A stretch of 64,000 nucleotides of DNA from an uncultured virus (IMG/VR IMGVR_UViG_3300023214_000431) (Duplodnaviria; Heunggongvirae; Uroviricota; Caudoviricetes). The stretch is from the IMG/VR virus record IMGVR_UViG_3300023214_000431; one strand, written 5' to 3'. The notes below the pieces were generated by a model. The model was given only the letters and a program-made list of their open reading frames with translations, was not told the DNA's origin and did no database searches. Of the stretch, positions 48,262 through 56,775 are shown piece after piece. Each line of letters opens with the position of its first letter. The first letter of the stretch is position 1. The position numbers and the translations under genes are program-made.

Positions 48262-48516
48262 TCATTTTGAGTATTGGCAGATAGCCGCATCGCCTTCGAC
48301 CACCAATGTATGGTAGCGGTTCCTGCAACCCACACCGCGCTCCGGCTGATAGTCATAGCAATGCTCGCGTCTCTCTCGCTTTTCACGAGCTTCATGCTCA
48401 GCAGCATCATTCCAAGTAGCGAGCAAGCTGAAAAAGACTCCTAGCCCGATTGCAATGAGGATGACGATTGCTGTCCGCAAGATGATGGGTCGCTTCAACC
48501 CGTTCCAGTCGATCAT
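48262..48516 (-). CDS. Small single-TM Cys-containing protein
   Basis: AAGGAG SD; TM segment. Confidence 0.5.
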   Translation of the reverse strand: MIDWNGLKRPIILRTAIVILIAIGLGVFFSLLATWNDAAEHEAREKRERREHCYDYQPERGVGCRNRYHTLVVEGDAAICQYSK

Positions 48517-48850
48517 TTTTGCTCCTTCTTCACCATGCGAGCCAGTAGATTGCGCTGAGAACGGACGCGGCGATGGTCCACAAGATGAGTTTTTCGGTGA
48601 ATGAAAGTTCGTCCATGGCGTTTGTCTCAGCAATCTGCTTTCGGATCGTCATAGGTGCCTCCTGTGGTCGTTCGGGCCATCTCTCGATCTATAATCCTAC
48701 GACGATCTAAAATATCAAAGTATTCTATAAAAGTGAAATACAACTGTTCCGGTCACGCAGGCCCCCCTCCTATTTGACGCGTAAGGTTAAAGCTATGCCC
48801 ACACGGAGGAAGACATATTTGAAAAACGATCTTGTTTTGTGTGGTGGCTA

Positions 48851-48879
48851 TTGTCGAAATTCGATAATATCCTGTCGCC
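48851..48879 (+). promoter_or_regulatory. Shared palindromic promoter/operator motif upstream of the cas gene
   Basis: TTGTCGAAATTCGA-TAATAT-N9-ATG; related copies at 3260, 19051, 25968, 27173, 27219, 39245, 56760 and 63283. Confidence 0.6.
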
Positions 48880-50679
48880 ATGAAACGTAAGACCAGCTCG
48901 AAGCCTACCCGCATTTACTCCTTTTGGTGCCACGGCCCCACTCCCGAGACTGCCGAGCTATTCAAAAAGCAGTACCGTGCAGCCAGGCGGTTCAAAAACA
49001 AGCTCATCGAAATCGAGCAGCTCCGTCGCAAAAGACGCGATGAACTTGTGGCTCAGGTTCGAGCGGTTGCTGGAACCGACGCACAGATTGCTGAGTGTCA
49101 GAAGAAAATCGAGAATCTCCGCAAGGCTGTAAAAAGCGTTCACATCAAAGAGCGTTCGCGCAAAACCAACAGCACAGCCAAGAACCAGATCGCACAAGAG
49201 AAAGCCGAGCTGAAAAAGCTCTACGCGCTCCGCAAACAGCAGGCTGAGACCGCGCGCAATGAGCACGCCGCTGACCTCAAGCAGATCGATGATGAGTCCT
49301 ATGTAGCCAGAAAACTGGCATATAACGAAAGCGACTGCCAGTGGGGAACGAAATTGCTCGTGATGAAAGCGGCCGAACAAGCGGCGAAAACCCCCACAGG
49401 TCCACAGTTCCGAAAAAGCCTCCGTATTGCTCCTTGCGATCCAGGCCCCACAGGGCGCATCGGTGTTCAGATTCAGTCGACAAAACCTCTAGGCAAAGAG
49501 AAGCTGCTGCAACGAGGCGACACGCGCTTACGTATCACGTTGGCAGACCGGTCTCTCCCTCAAACGGGTAAGCGGCCTTTGGGTAGCGTGGAGATTCGAC
49601 TTGGAAGCGATGGTCGCAAACCCATCTGGGGCAAGATGCCTTGCAAGTTCAACCGCGAGATACCTGATGACGCTGACATCAAATGGGCATGGATAAAGCG
49701 GAGCAAGGAAGGACAAAAGATCCGCTACAAACTTTCCTTGGTGATTGAGTCAGAAACCTTCGCGACGCGAAAGCAGGCCCACCCGTACGCGCTTTGCGCA
49801 CTCGACGTGGGTTGGAGAAAGAAGCCTGAGGACAGCCATCTTCGGTTTGGGTTCTTGTATGACGGCAAGAACTGTCAGTCCTATCAATTTGACCCGCGCC
49901 TACAAGGTGCTCTGAACAAGGCAGCCGATCTCCAGAGCATCCGCAAGAAAAAGTTCAACACCATAAAAACAGCGATCTTGTCAGTGCTTTCGGAAAGGCC
50001 CGAAGCGAAGGAAGTCTTCAAGCACCTCGACAAGATCAAAAGTCCGCAATCGCTTTATCGCCTCTTCTTCGAGTGGAGAGAAGCTGGGAGCCCAGGAGAC
50101 GATCTCTTCGGCTTACGCTTCAACGAGTGGCGCCTGCGAGAAAACCATCTCTATCGCTACGAAAGCGGCACTCGACGCCATGTTCGAGCGTCTCGCAAAG
50201 AAACGTACCGTCAGACAGCACGCCAGCTTGCTTTGACTTACGAGACCATTGTCATCGAAAAATTTGATTTGCGTAAGGTCATTCGTCGGCAAGAAGCTGA
50301 AGACAAGGACGCCGAGATGCACGATGAAGCGCGCTCGCAGCGTTTCCAGGTTGCCATCAGCGAGTTTCGGCGTGAGCTGGCAGTCCAAGCTCAAAAGCAT
50401 GGCTCACGCATTCTCGGAGTGGATGCCGAATACTCGACGCTGACCTGTCACCACTGCGGATTCACGGAAACCTGGGATAAGATTCCTTTCATCAAGCACA
50501 CCTGCGCGTCCTGCAAACGCACATGGGACCAGGATGAGAACGCCGCCATTAACTTGTTCCAGAAGGCCACGCACAAACTGAAAAACGAGCGGTCCAGTGA
50601 CATTCAAAAGCCGGGGACCGCTCGCAAAAAGAAAAACGCTGGGTTAAACAATACAAGTGGAGCACCAGCGGCGCTCTGA
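48880..50679 (+). CDS. cas12m: Compact type V CRISPR effector, Cas12m (V-U1)-like, with an apparently intact RuvC triad
   Basis: 599 aa; long N-terminal coiled coil; G.IGVQIQ, RLGS....W, R.IPDDADI; RuvC-I ALDVGWR (D309), RuvC-II IVIE (E460), Zn ribbon C523xxC526/C542xxC545, RuvC-III WDQDENAA (D552); array starts 71 bp downstream. Confidence 0.85.
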   Translation: MKRKTSSKPTRIYSFWCHGPTPETAELFKKQYRAARRFKNKLIEIEQLRRKRRDELVAQVRAVAGTDAQIAECQKKIENLRKAVKSVHIKERSRKTNSTAKNQIAQEKAELKKLYALRKQQAETARNEHAADLKQIDDESYVARKLAYNESDCQWGTKLLVMKAAEQAAKTPTGPQFRKSLRIAPCDPGPTGRIGVQIQSTKPLGKEKLLQRGDTRLRITLADRSLPQTGKRPLGSVEIRLGSDGRKPIWGKMPCKFNREIPDDADIKWAWIKRSKEGQKIRYKLSLVIESETFATRKQAHPYALCALDVGWRKKPEDSHLRFGFLYDGKNCQSYQFDPRLQGALNKAADLQSIRKKKFNTIKTAILSVLSERPEAKEVFKHLDKIKSPQSLYRLFFEWREAGSPGDDLFGLRFNEWRLRENHLYRYESGTRRHVRASRKETYRQTARQLALTYETIVIEKFDLRKVIRRQEAEDKDAEMHDEARSQRFQVAISEFRRELAVQAQKHGSRILGVDAEYSTLTCHHCGFTETWDKIPFIKHTCASCKRTWDQDENAAINLFQKATHKLKNERSSDIQKPGTARKKKNAGLNNTSGAPAAL

Positions 50680-50750
50680 TGGGCAATGGTAGTAGGCGCT
50701 TGAAAACGCGCTTGCAACCAATCGAGTTCTTTGACAATTTAAAAGCTGCC
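50680..50750 (+). promoter_or_regulatory. CRISPR leader
   Basis: Relatively AT-rich 71 bp between the cas stop and repeat 1; the degenerate repeat lies at the opposite end. Confidence 0.6.
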
Positions 50751-51422
50751 GTAGCGAAGCGTGCTAGGACGCAGATCTTCCTAGACACAGGTAGCTACGT
50801 CCGATTTAGCAGGGGAGAAGGAGTAGCGAAGCGTGCTAGGACGCAGATCTTCCTAGACGACCTGCTCCCGCGTCCCCCTTTTGACACGGAGGAACCGGTA
50901 GCGAAGCGTGCTAGGACGCAGATCTTCCTAGACTGATCTTTTCGGGTTGCCTACACCTGAAAACATCACGTAGCGAAGCGTGCTAGGACGCAGATCTTCC
51001 TAGACTGATCTTTTCGGGTTGCCTACACCTGAAAACATCACGTAGCGAAGCGTGCTAGGACGCAGATCTTCCTAGACTGTCCTGCGGGCGACGCGCCTGC
51101 AAAGCTGATCGAGGTAGCGAAGCGTGCTAGGACGCAGATCTTCCTAGACTGCCCATGGCCACCACCTCTTTTGGCCTCGACGACGCCAGGTAGCGAAGCG
51201 TGCTAGGACGCAGATCTTCCTAGACGATGTCCTGCTCCAGACTGCTCTTGGAGGGCCTGCATGGGTAGCGAAGCGTGCTAGGACGCAGATCTTCCTAGAC
51301 GGTCACGCGGTAGCGAAGCGTGCTAGGACGCAGATCTTCCTAGACCCCACTGTGATGCGCGACGAATTTCCCATGACCCAGATGTATCGAAGAAGGGTGC
51401 TAGGGCGCAGCTCTCCCTAGAA
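50751..51422 (+). CRISPR. CRISPR array: 9 identical 36-bp repeats plus 1 degenerate terminal repeat, 9 spacers
   Basis: Repeat GTAGCGAAGCGTGCTAGGACGCAGATCTTCCTAGAC starting at 50751, 50823, 50898, 50970, 51042, 51114, 51190, 51265, 51310; degenerate copy 51384-51422; spacers 36, 39, 36, 36, 36, 40, 39, 9, 38 nt; 3' hairpin CTAGGA/TCCTAG. Confidence 0.98.
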
Positions 51423-51495
51423 GAAGCTGGAACGGTTGCAGTCTCCGGAAGTCAAATCCTTCCCAGGCAATGGCGAAACAGGTCATAATGCCCAT

Positions 51496-51891
51496 ATGCC
51501 TTCCAAGCGCCGCCCATCGAGCACTCTAAACAACCAACACAGGGGGATGCTGCGCGCGTTCGAAGAAGCGTTGCAGGCAGCCCCTCCACCGCCTGGCATG
51601 GACATCGCGCCGGTCGCAAAGCCAATGGGTGGCAAGAGCGTCGAAGAGCGCTACCGCAAGCTGCGCAGGCGTGTGAAGAAGCGTCTTGCTCGGCGATACA
51701 TGACCGACCCCGAGGGACGTGAAAAGTACGTCAACGGCTCCATTCACGTCGTGATTGGCAGGTACATGATCAAGGGCGACATGTTGGATTGGGACCACGA
51801 GTTGCGAGGCATCCACGCCAAGATCGACTCGAAGCTCAAGCTGAAGATGCTGACCTACTTGGCAAAGAAGCTGAAGGTGAGGACGACATGA
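51496..51891 (+). CDS. Basic hypothetical protein
   Basis: Leaderless start 6 nt after CATAAT. Confidence 0.55.
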   Translation: MPSKRRPSSTLNNQHRGMLRAFEEALQAAPPPPGMDIAPVAKPMGGKSVEERYRKLRRRVKKRLARRYMTDPEGREKYVNGSIHVVIGRYMIKGDMLDWDHELRGIHAKIDSKLKLKMLTYLAKKLKVRTT

Positions 51892-52340
51892 AACGAACCG
51901 CAATCATTCTCTTCATCGCTGGGTGCTGTGGAACCACAACCCCCACAGTATGGAAAGGGCAGCGAATGCACGTCAAAGCCGACGCTGGCGCGCAAGCCCG
52001 CTGGAAGGTTGAAAACGCAGAGGCGATGCTCAAGGAGCTGGATGCTGCCGAGGCGAAAGCCTTGGCACTTGTTCCTCCGGAAAAGCGCGCCGAGGTCAAA
52101 GCCCTGCGAGACAAGCTCGTCATCCGAATCTACAGCAATCAATATGACTGCTCTGGGGCTGCTGGAACTTACGACGGCAACGGCGGCGTCTGCGTGTCGT
52201 GGTTTGAAAAATACGTCGATGAAAGGCGTCTGTCACGGTTACCGGCACATGAGTTCGGGCACGGCGTCGCGAACATCCTGGGCATCTATGGTAATGAGTC
52301 AATTCACGACTGGATGAAAGATGTTGAATGGGGCTACTAG
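51888..52340 (+). CDS. Putative lipoprotein with an HExxH metallopeptidase motif
   Basis: Lipobox IAGC; HEFGH. Confidence 0.6.
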   Translation: MKRTAIILFIAGCCGTTTPTVWKGQRMHVKADAGAQARWKVENAEAMLKELDAAEAKALALVPPEKRAEVKALRDKLVIRIYSNQYDCSGAAGTYDGNGGVCVSWFEKYVDERRLSRLPAHEFGHGVANILGIYGNESIHDWMKDVEWGY

Positions 52341-52406
52341 ACTGCCACTGAAGGTGGAATGTCCATCGAAGAAGACTGCCTCTTTATCTAAGAGTTGAGA
52401 AGGGAC

Positions 52407-52820
52407 ATGACGACTTTCGACGAAAGCTACGAACGCGCCATCGAAGCCAGTAAGAAGAAGCGCAAGCGTCGCCCATCATCCGAATATAAAAAGCAGATGC
52501 GACAGGAGCGCAAGGAGCTTGCGCCTTATCTCGACAAGTTGGTCTTGGATTACGTCCACGACGAGTACCGCCGCTATCGCGAGAGGCCGCAGCGTGGCGA
52601 GCCCTGTGTCACCGCAGTTGAGATCCGGGAGATGACTTCAATTCGTCGTGTGGATGTTCCCGACAACCTGGCTGACAACTACAACCTGATGACGAAAAGC
52701 GAGAAGCTCACCGCCATCAACTCATCCCTTCAGCGGCTCAAGCGCAAAGGACTTCTGCAATCCTCGCTGGGTTTCAATATGTTCGGCAAAGAAGCCCGCT
52801 GCTTCGAGCCGGTGGAGTGA
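52407..52820 (+). CDS. Winged-helix-like hypothetical protein
   Basis: TA.EIRE...INSSLQRLKRKGLL. Confidence 0.5.
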   Translation: MTTFDESYERAIEASKKKRKRRPSSEYKKQMRQERKELAPYLDKLVLDYVHDEYRRYRERPQRGEPCVTAVEIREMTSIRRVDVPDNLADNYNLMTKSEKLTAINSSLQRLKRKGLLQSSLGFNMFGKEARCFEPVE

Positions 52821-52824
52821 CGAC

Positions 52825-53385
52825 ATGAACCGACACCACTGCACCATCGACAAATGCTACAAGGTCCAAAAGGGCAAGCTCGTCAACGTCTGTCCGAACT
52901 GCACGCATGGTGCGATGACCTCGGTGCTCGGCTACACGCCAAAGGATGCCAAGTACCAACTGCGATCTGCGGTGGCCATGGCACGGAAGCACCCCCGCAC
53001 ATTTCAGATCCCGGATGCCGGACAGAGGTCCAGCCTGCCCAAAGGCGCTCACGCAAAGCTGATGTTTCGCAAGGGGACAAGCGCAGAGCGGATGTGGGTA
53101 CGCATCACGTCTCGCACGGGCACGGGGAGCAAGACACGGTATCGGGGCAAGCTCGCGAACAGCCCTGTGCTCGTGGACTTGAAGATGGGCTCGACGGTCG
53201 AGTTTGGTCCGCAGCACATTATCGACATCACTTCGGCCCAGGGCTATGAGCGATTGAGCAACGCGCAAAAGGCTTGCGTCCAGCTTTTCATGCCTGAAGA
53301 GATGGCTGCCTATAAAGCCGGGCGTTTCAGCTCGCGCAAGCAAGCCGCAGCGGTGACGTATTCCCGCGCACGCCGCGAGTGCTAA
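52825..53385 (+). CDS. DUF2314-like domain protein
   Basis: AKLMF...ERMWVRI....YRGKLANSP...L..G..V.F...HIID. Confidence 0.6.
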   Translation: MNRHHCTIDKCYKVQKGKLVNVCPNCTHGAMTSVLGYTPKDAKYQLRSAVAMARKHPRTFQIPDAGQRSSLPKGAHAKLMFRKGTSAERMWVRITSRTGTGSKTRYRGKLANSPVLVDLKMGSTVEFGPQHIIDITSAQGYERLSNAQKACVQLFMPEEMAAYKAGRFSSRKQAAAVTYSRARREC

Positions 53386-53735
53386 TGTAATGTGTGGCGG
53401 TGCCAGGGAAATCGCGATGGGCTGCCAGAACAGCGGCCTAGCCCCTGGCGCCGTCAACCAATCTTGATGGTGATGAGGTGACAGCCCTACTAGCAGATGC
53501 CGAAGGCGATGTGGTCATGGTGGACGTGACCACCGACAACATGGTCGTGGTCACCGCCGCAAGCAACCGCGAAGAAGGCACGCCTGAATCCGCGCTATGG
53601 TTTGCAGCGCGCTTGCGTCGGGAGAGTCCACTTCTCGAAGAGGTAGCCAAGGCTGTCGAGCATGCGGCTCACACCGCGATAAGGCGCAGGCAGAGCAAAC
53701 TTCCCCCACCTTCCTGACCGTGGTATGGGTGGGGT

Positions 53736-54521
53736 GTGGACACTCAAAACTTGATATTGGTGCTCGGTCTCTTCAAGCGCACCGGCACCAACTACCTGAA
53801 AGACCTTCTCTGCTGCCACCCCGCTTGCGTGTTCTCTCGCATCCCTGAAGACTTCTTGCTCGTTAAATCCGATCTACTGCTCAAGTACGTCGAGCAGACC
53901 TACACGGCATGGGGCATCGCGGGAAAGCACCTTCAGCCTCAGCTCATGGAGCACATTCGTAAGGGGCTCGTCCAACTGCTAGCAAGCCACGCACGCAATG
54001 CTGGACACCCAAGGCGCGTCGTGTGCAAGACACCCACGGTCGAAGGCATCGAGAACGTCGATGCACTCTTCCCAGGCGCCAAGGTCGTTGTCATCGTACG
54101 AGATGGTCGTGACACGCTTGAATCCGGGCGACGGTCATGGGATTGGCTACTACCGGAAAAAGCCGCCGAGTGGCGTCAGAACGTGCAGCGGCTACTGACC
54201 TTCGAGCACAACAATCCTGGCCGGTGCCTTCGCATCCGCTACGAAGATCTGATGACGGACATGCACGGGGTGATGGGTGAAGTGCTTGAGCACTGTGGCC
54301 TCGGCCAGACCTTATACAATTGGAATCTGGCTGCAAGGTTGCCGGTGCGTGGCAGCTCGGACATTCGGCATAAGGGAGGCCCCGCAGAGCGAATGCACTG
54401 GCGTGGCGTTGAGCGTCCCTCGGATTTCTCACCGATGGGCAGGTGGCAATCCTGGTCGCCACAAGACCGTCTCGACTTCGACGCCATTGCAGGCGATATG
54501 CTGAAGGTGCTTGGCTACTAG
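53736..54521 (+). CDS. Sulfotransferase family protein
   Basis: 5'-PSB VLGLFKRTGTNYL, KTP, 3'-PB IVRDGRD..ES, IRYEDL. Confidence 0.85.
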   Translation: MDTQNLILVLGLFKRTGTNYLKDLLCCHPACVFSRIPEDFLLVKSDLLLKYVEQTYTAWGIAGKHLQPQLMEHIRKGLVQLLASHARNAGHPRRVVCKTPTVEGIENVDALFPGAKVVVIVRDGRDTLESGRRSWDWLLPEKAAEWRQNVQRLLTFEHNNPGRCLRIRYEDLMTDMHGVMGEVLEHCGLGQTLYNWNLAARLPVRGSSDIRHKGGPAERMHWRGVERPSDFSPMGRWQSWSPQDRLDFDAIAGDMLKVLGY

Positions 54522-55237
54522 AGCTTTATCTTGACAATTCCAAGCAAATCGTGCTGTGGGTTCATCAAGCTCTTGTTCAGATCTGCGAACTCGAACTTAA
54601 CAGCAACCCCCTGTGTGATCTGAATTGGCAGGAGCTGTTTGAAGTTCAGGTAGGTGCGGCCCTCCGGATCTAGCGCGAAGTCGTATGGAATTTCATCTCC
54701 ATACCGGATGTCCTGGTGTGGGTGAACAAAGGCTGTTTCGTGAAAGCTCAAAGAGACCTGCTCTGTCTTGAGTAGCTCGGCGAGCCGAGGGGTGATCAAG
54801 AAAGCCTGAGCTTGGCAAAGAACCTGAGAGATGGCTGTGCCGCGTAGATCGAATGGCAGCAGAGCATTGTAGTAGGACCGGTTTCGTTCTTCTCTCAGAT
54901 CGAGTACCCCGCGTCCAACGTAGTTGCCGCCCTTCGAGGCGGTTTCATCGTCGGCGACATGCAAGAGATTCACTACGTAGTCCATTGCAGCAGGCGCTTT
55001 GTCGAGAAACAGATCATGAGCCTGGAAATGATCGAGAAGCTCAGAATTGAAATGGCCTGGGCATACAGATTGTGAGTTATTTCCCACTTTGATGTCGCTC
55101 ACGAGTGTTCCCTTGGGCAACGGAGGCTCGAACTTGAAACCAGTGATCGAAAGGAGCATGAGGTAGTTGTTGGACAGGCGGAAGTTGGTTGAATTTCCTA
55201 CCTTGAAATTCAACGGGCCTGAAACGGTATGAGTCAT
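54518..55237 (-). CDS. Beta-rich DIKVGxNSQ-family protein (longer paralog)
   Basis: VSDIKVGNNSQ...LFLDKA; AAGGAG SD. Confidence 0.55.
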   Translation of the reverse strand: MTHTVSGPLNFKVGNSTNFRLSNNYLMLLSITGFKFEPPLPKGTLVSDIKVGNNSQSVCPGHFNSELLDHFQAHDLFLDKAPAAMDYVVNLLHVADDETASKGGNYVGRGVLDLREERNRSYYNALLPFDLRGTAISQVLCQAQAFLITPRLAELLKTEQVSLSFHETAFVHPHQDIRYGDEIPYDFALDPEGRTYLNFKQLLPIQITQGVAVKFEFADLNKSLMNPQHDLLGIVKIKL

Positions 55238-55268
55238 TTTTGTTGGCTCCTTTGTCTTTTTGCGATTA

Positions 55269-56423
55269 TTAGTTCCGCAGTTGGAAGTTGAAAAGCTCCA
55301 ACCACTGAATGCCCATCTTTTCTTTGGCAAAGAAGGTCTTGCTGACCTCGGCGAGCTTCTTGCCTTCTTGAAGGAAGGCATCGTAGTTGTCGAAAGCAAG
55401 TTTCACCGATTGGACAACAGCATCAATGTGTTCGCGTCCGTAAGGCAGCTTGAAGAGCCTGCCGCCGATGACGTAAGGAGCAACACCTGGGGCAGCCGAA
55501 CAAAAGGGCACAGCGCCCAGGTACTGCGCCTCGATGAGCGTGTCGATGTCGTAATGGTCCATCTTGTCGGAGCAATGGACATAAGCCGCGCAGGAGCTGT
55601 CCAGCTCTTCGGCAAGCTCGATGTCGTGCGAGCGCAGCCCAGCACGAATGCGCTCAACGAGGACTGTTGGACCGTTGTAGGTGACATAGGCGCAGCGCCG
55701 CTTCTGCTCTTGCGCGGTTGGTAGCGCAATACCGGGCCGGTACAAGATCGAGAAAACCCTATCTGGATCGATGAAGGGAAAGTGTTCGAGGAAGATTTGC
55801 CTGACCTCGCCCGAGTAGCACACGAAGCCTTTGACGTGAGCGAGGGCTTCGAACTTGCTTGCATCGAGATTCCGCAAGTCTTGCTGGGAACGAATGAGAA
55901 GGTGTGTGGGCATGTCCATGAAGTCTGGTGAAATCGACACGCGCCCATCGGGAGCAAACGTGCAGCCCAGATCTTCGAGTGCGTCGACAAGCGCGGTGGG
56001 GCCCTTGTTGAAGCGAATGGGCATTGGCCATTTGAGGCACGTCGCCAAGTTTTCCATCTCGCCTATGATGGCTTGGTGGCCACTGGCGCGAGCGTATTCG
56101 AGACCTCGCTGGGTGAAAGTCCACTTGTGGCGCAAGTTGAAGTGCGCGTAGGCAATATCGGCGAAAAACTCCTTGAGGTTTTCTTGCTCGAAGAAATCAG
56201 GGGGCGCGCATTGCGCGGCAAGGTGGGCAAGTCGTACCACATCCCCCGAGCAGCTTTGTCCTTGTGCTCGATACATGAGCGAGGCGAGCCGGAAAGTCAC
56301 CTCATAGTTTGATGGCGCAATGAGATGGGCCTCGGTCAGCAGCCCCACGGCTTTGGCGTTGTCGGTAGTCGAGTCCGCTTGCTCGACCAGATCGACGACG
56401 CGCTGAGGATTCCAGTCCTTCAT
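55269..56423 (-). CDS. TPR-like N-terminus plus GT-B glycosyltransferase-like domain
   Basis: Helical repeats; C-terminal TLIEAQYLGAVP resembles the GT-B EA...G.P motif. Confidence 0.5.
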   Translation of the reverse strand: MKDWNPQRVVDLVEQADSTTDNAKAVGLLTEAHLIAPSNYEVTFRLASLMYRAQGQSCSGDVVRLAHLAAQCAPPDFFEQENLKEFFADIAYAHFNLRHKWTFTQRGLEYARASGHQAIIGEMENLATCLKWPMPIRFNKGPTALVDALEDLGCTFAPDGRVSISPDFMDMPTHLLIRSQQDLRNLDASKFEALAHVKGFVCYSGEVRQIFLEHFPFIDPDRVFSILYRPGIALPTAQEQKRRCAYVTYNGPTVLVERIRAGLRSHDIELAEELDSSCAAYVHCSDKMDHYDIDTLIEAQYLGAVPFCSAAPGVAPYVIGGRLFKLPYGREHIDAVVQSVKLAFDNYDAFLQEGKKLAEVSKTFFAKEKMGIQWLELFNFQLRN

Positions 56424-56746
56424 TCCTTCCCTTTCAGGCTCACCAAGATCTCGAAACCCGAATCTTCCATCAGTGACGGCGTGTCCTGCTGCATGAAGGT
56501 CCGCAGCTCATGGACGTTTTCGCTGACGGTTTCGAGGTGGTAGCGGCGCGGACCTTCGCCCTTGAGCTGTACGTCCACCTCGTGGGCGCCTGTGCCCGGG
56601 GGCACCTCGATGACGTACTCGCCGAGAACGGGATTGCCATCTCGATCTAAAGACCGGGAGATCTTGCAGTTCACGGCGTCGGGGGTTTCGCCGGGGGTGT
56701 AGCGCCCGTAGGCCACAGGAGTTTTGGGTTTGGGTTGACCATCCAT
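56420..56746 (-). CDS. Hypothetical protein
   Basis: Leaderless start after the shared motif and TAGGCT. Confidence 0.5.
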   Translation of the reverse strand: MDGQPKPKTPVAYGRYTPGETPDAVNCKISRSLDRDGNPVLGEYVIEVPPGTGAHEVDVQLKGEGPRRYHLETVSENVHELRTFMQQDTPSLMEDSGFEILVSLKGKE

Positions 56747-56775
56747 GGCGCGAAGCCTAACATCGAAATCCGACA

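Noticed and set aside
48880..50679. IS200/IS605 TnpB transposon
   Set aside because: No TnpA nearby, the protein is longer than typical TnpB with a large coiled-coil insert, and a true CRISPR array follows directly
50679..50936. 85-aa ORF with repeated VAKRARTQIFLD
   Set aside because: It is a translation of the CRISPR repeats
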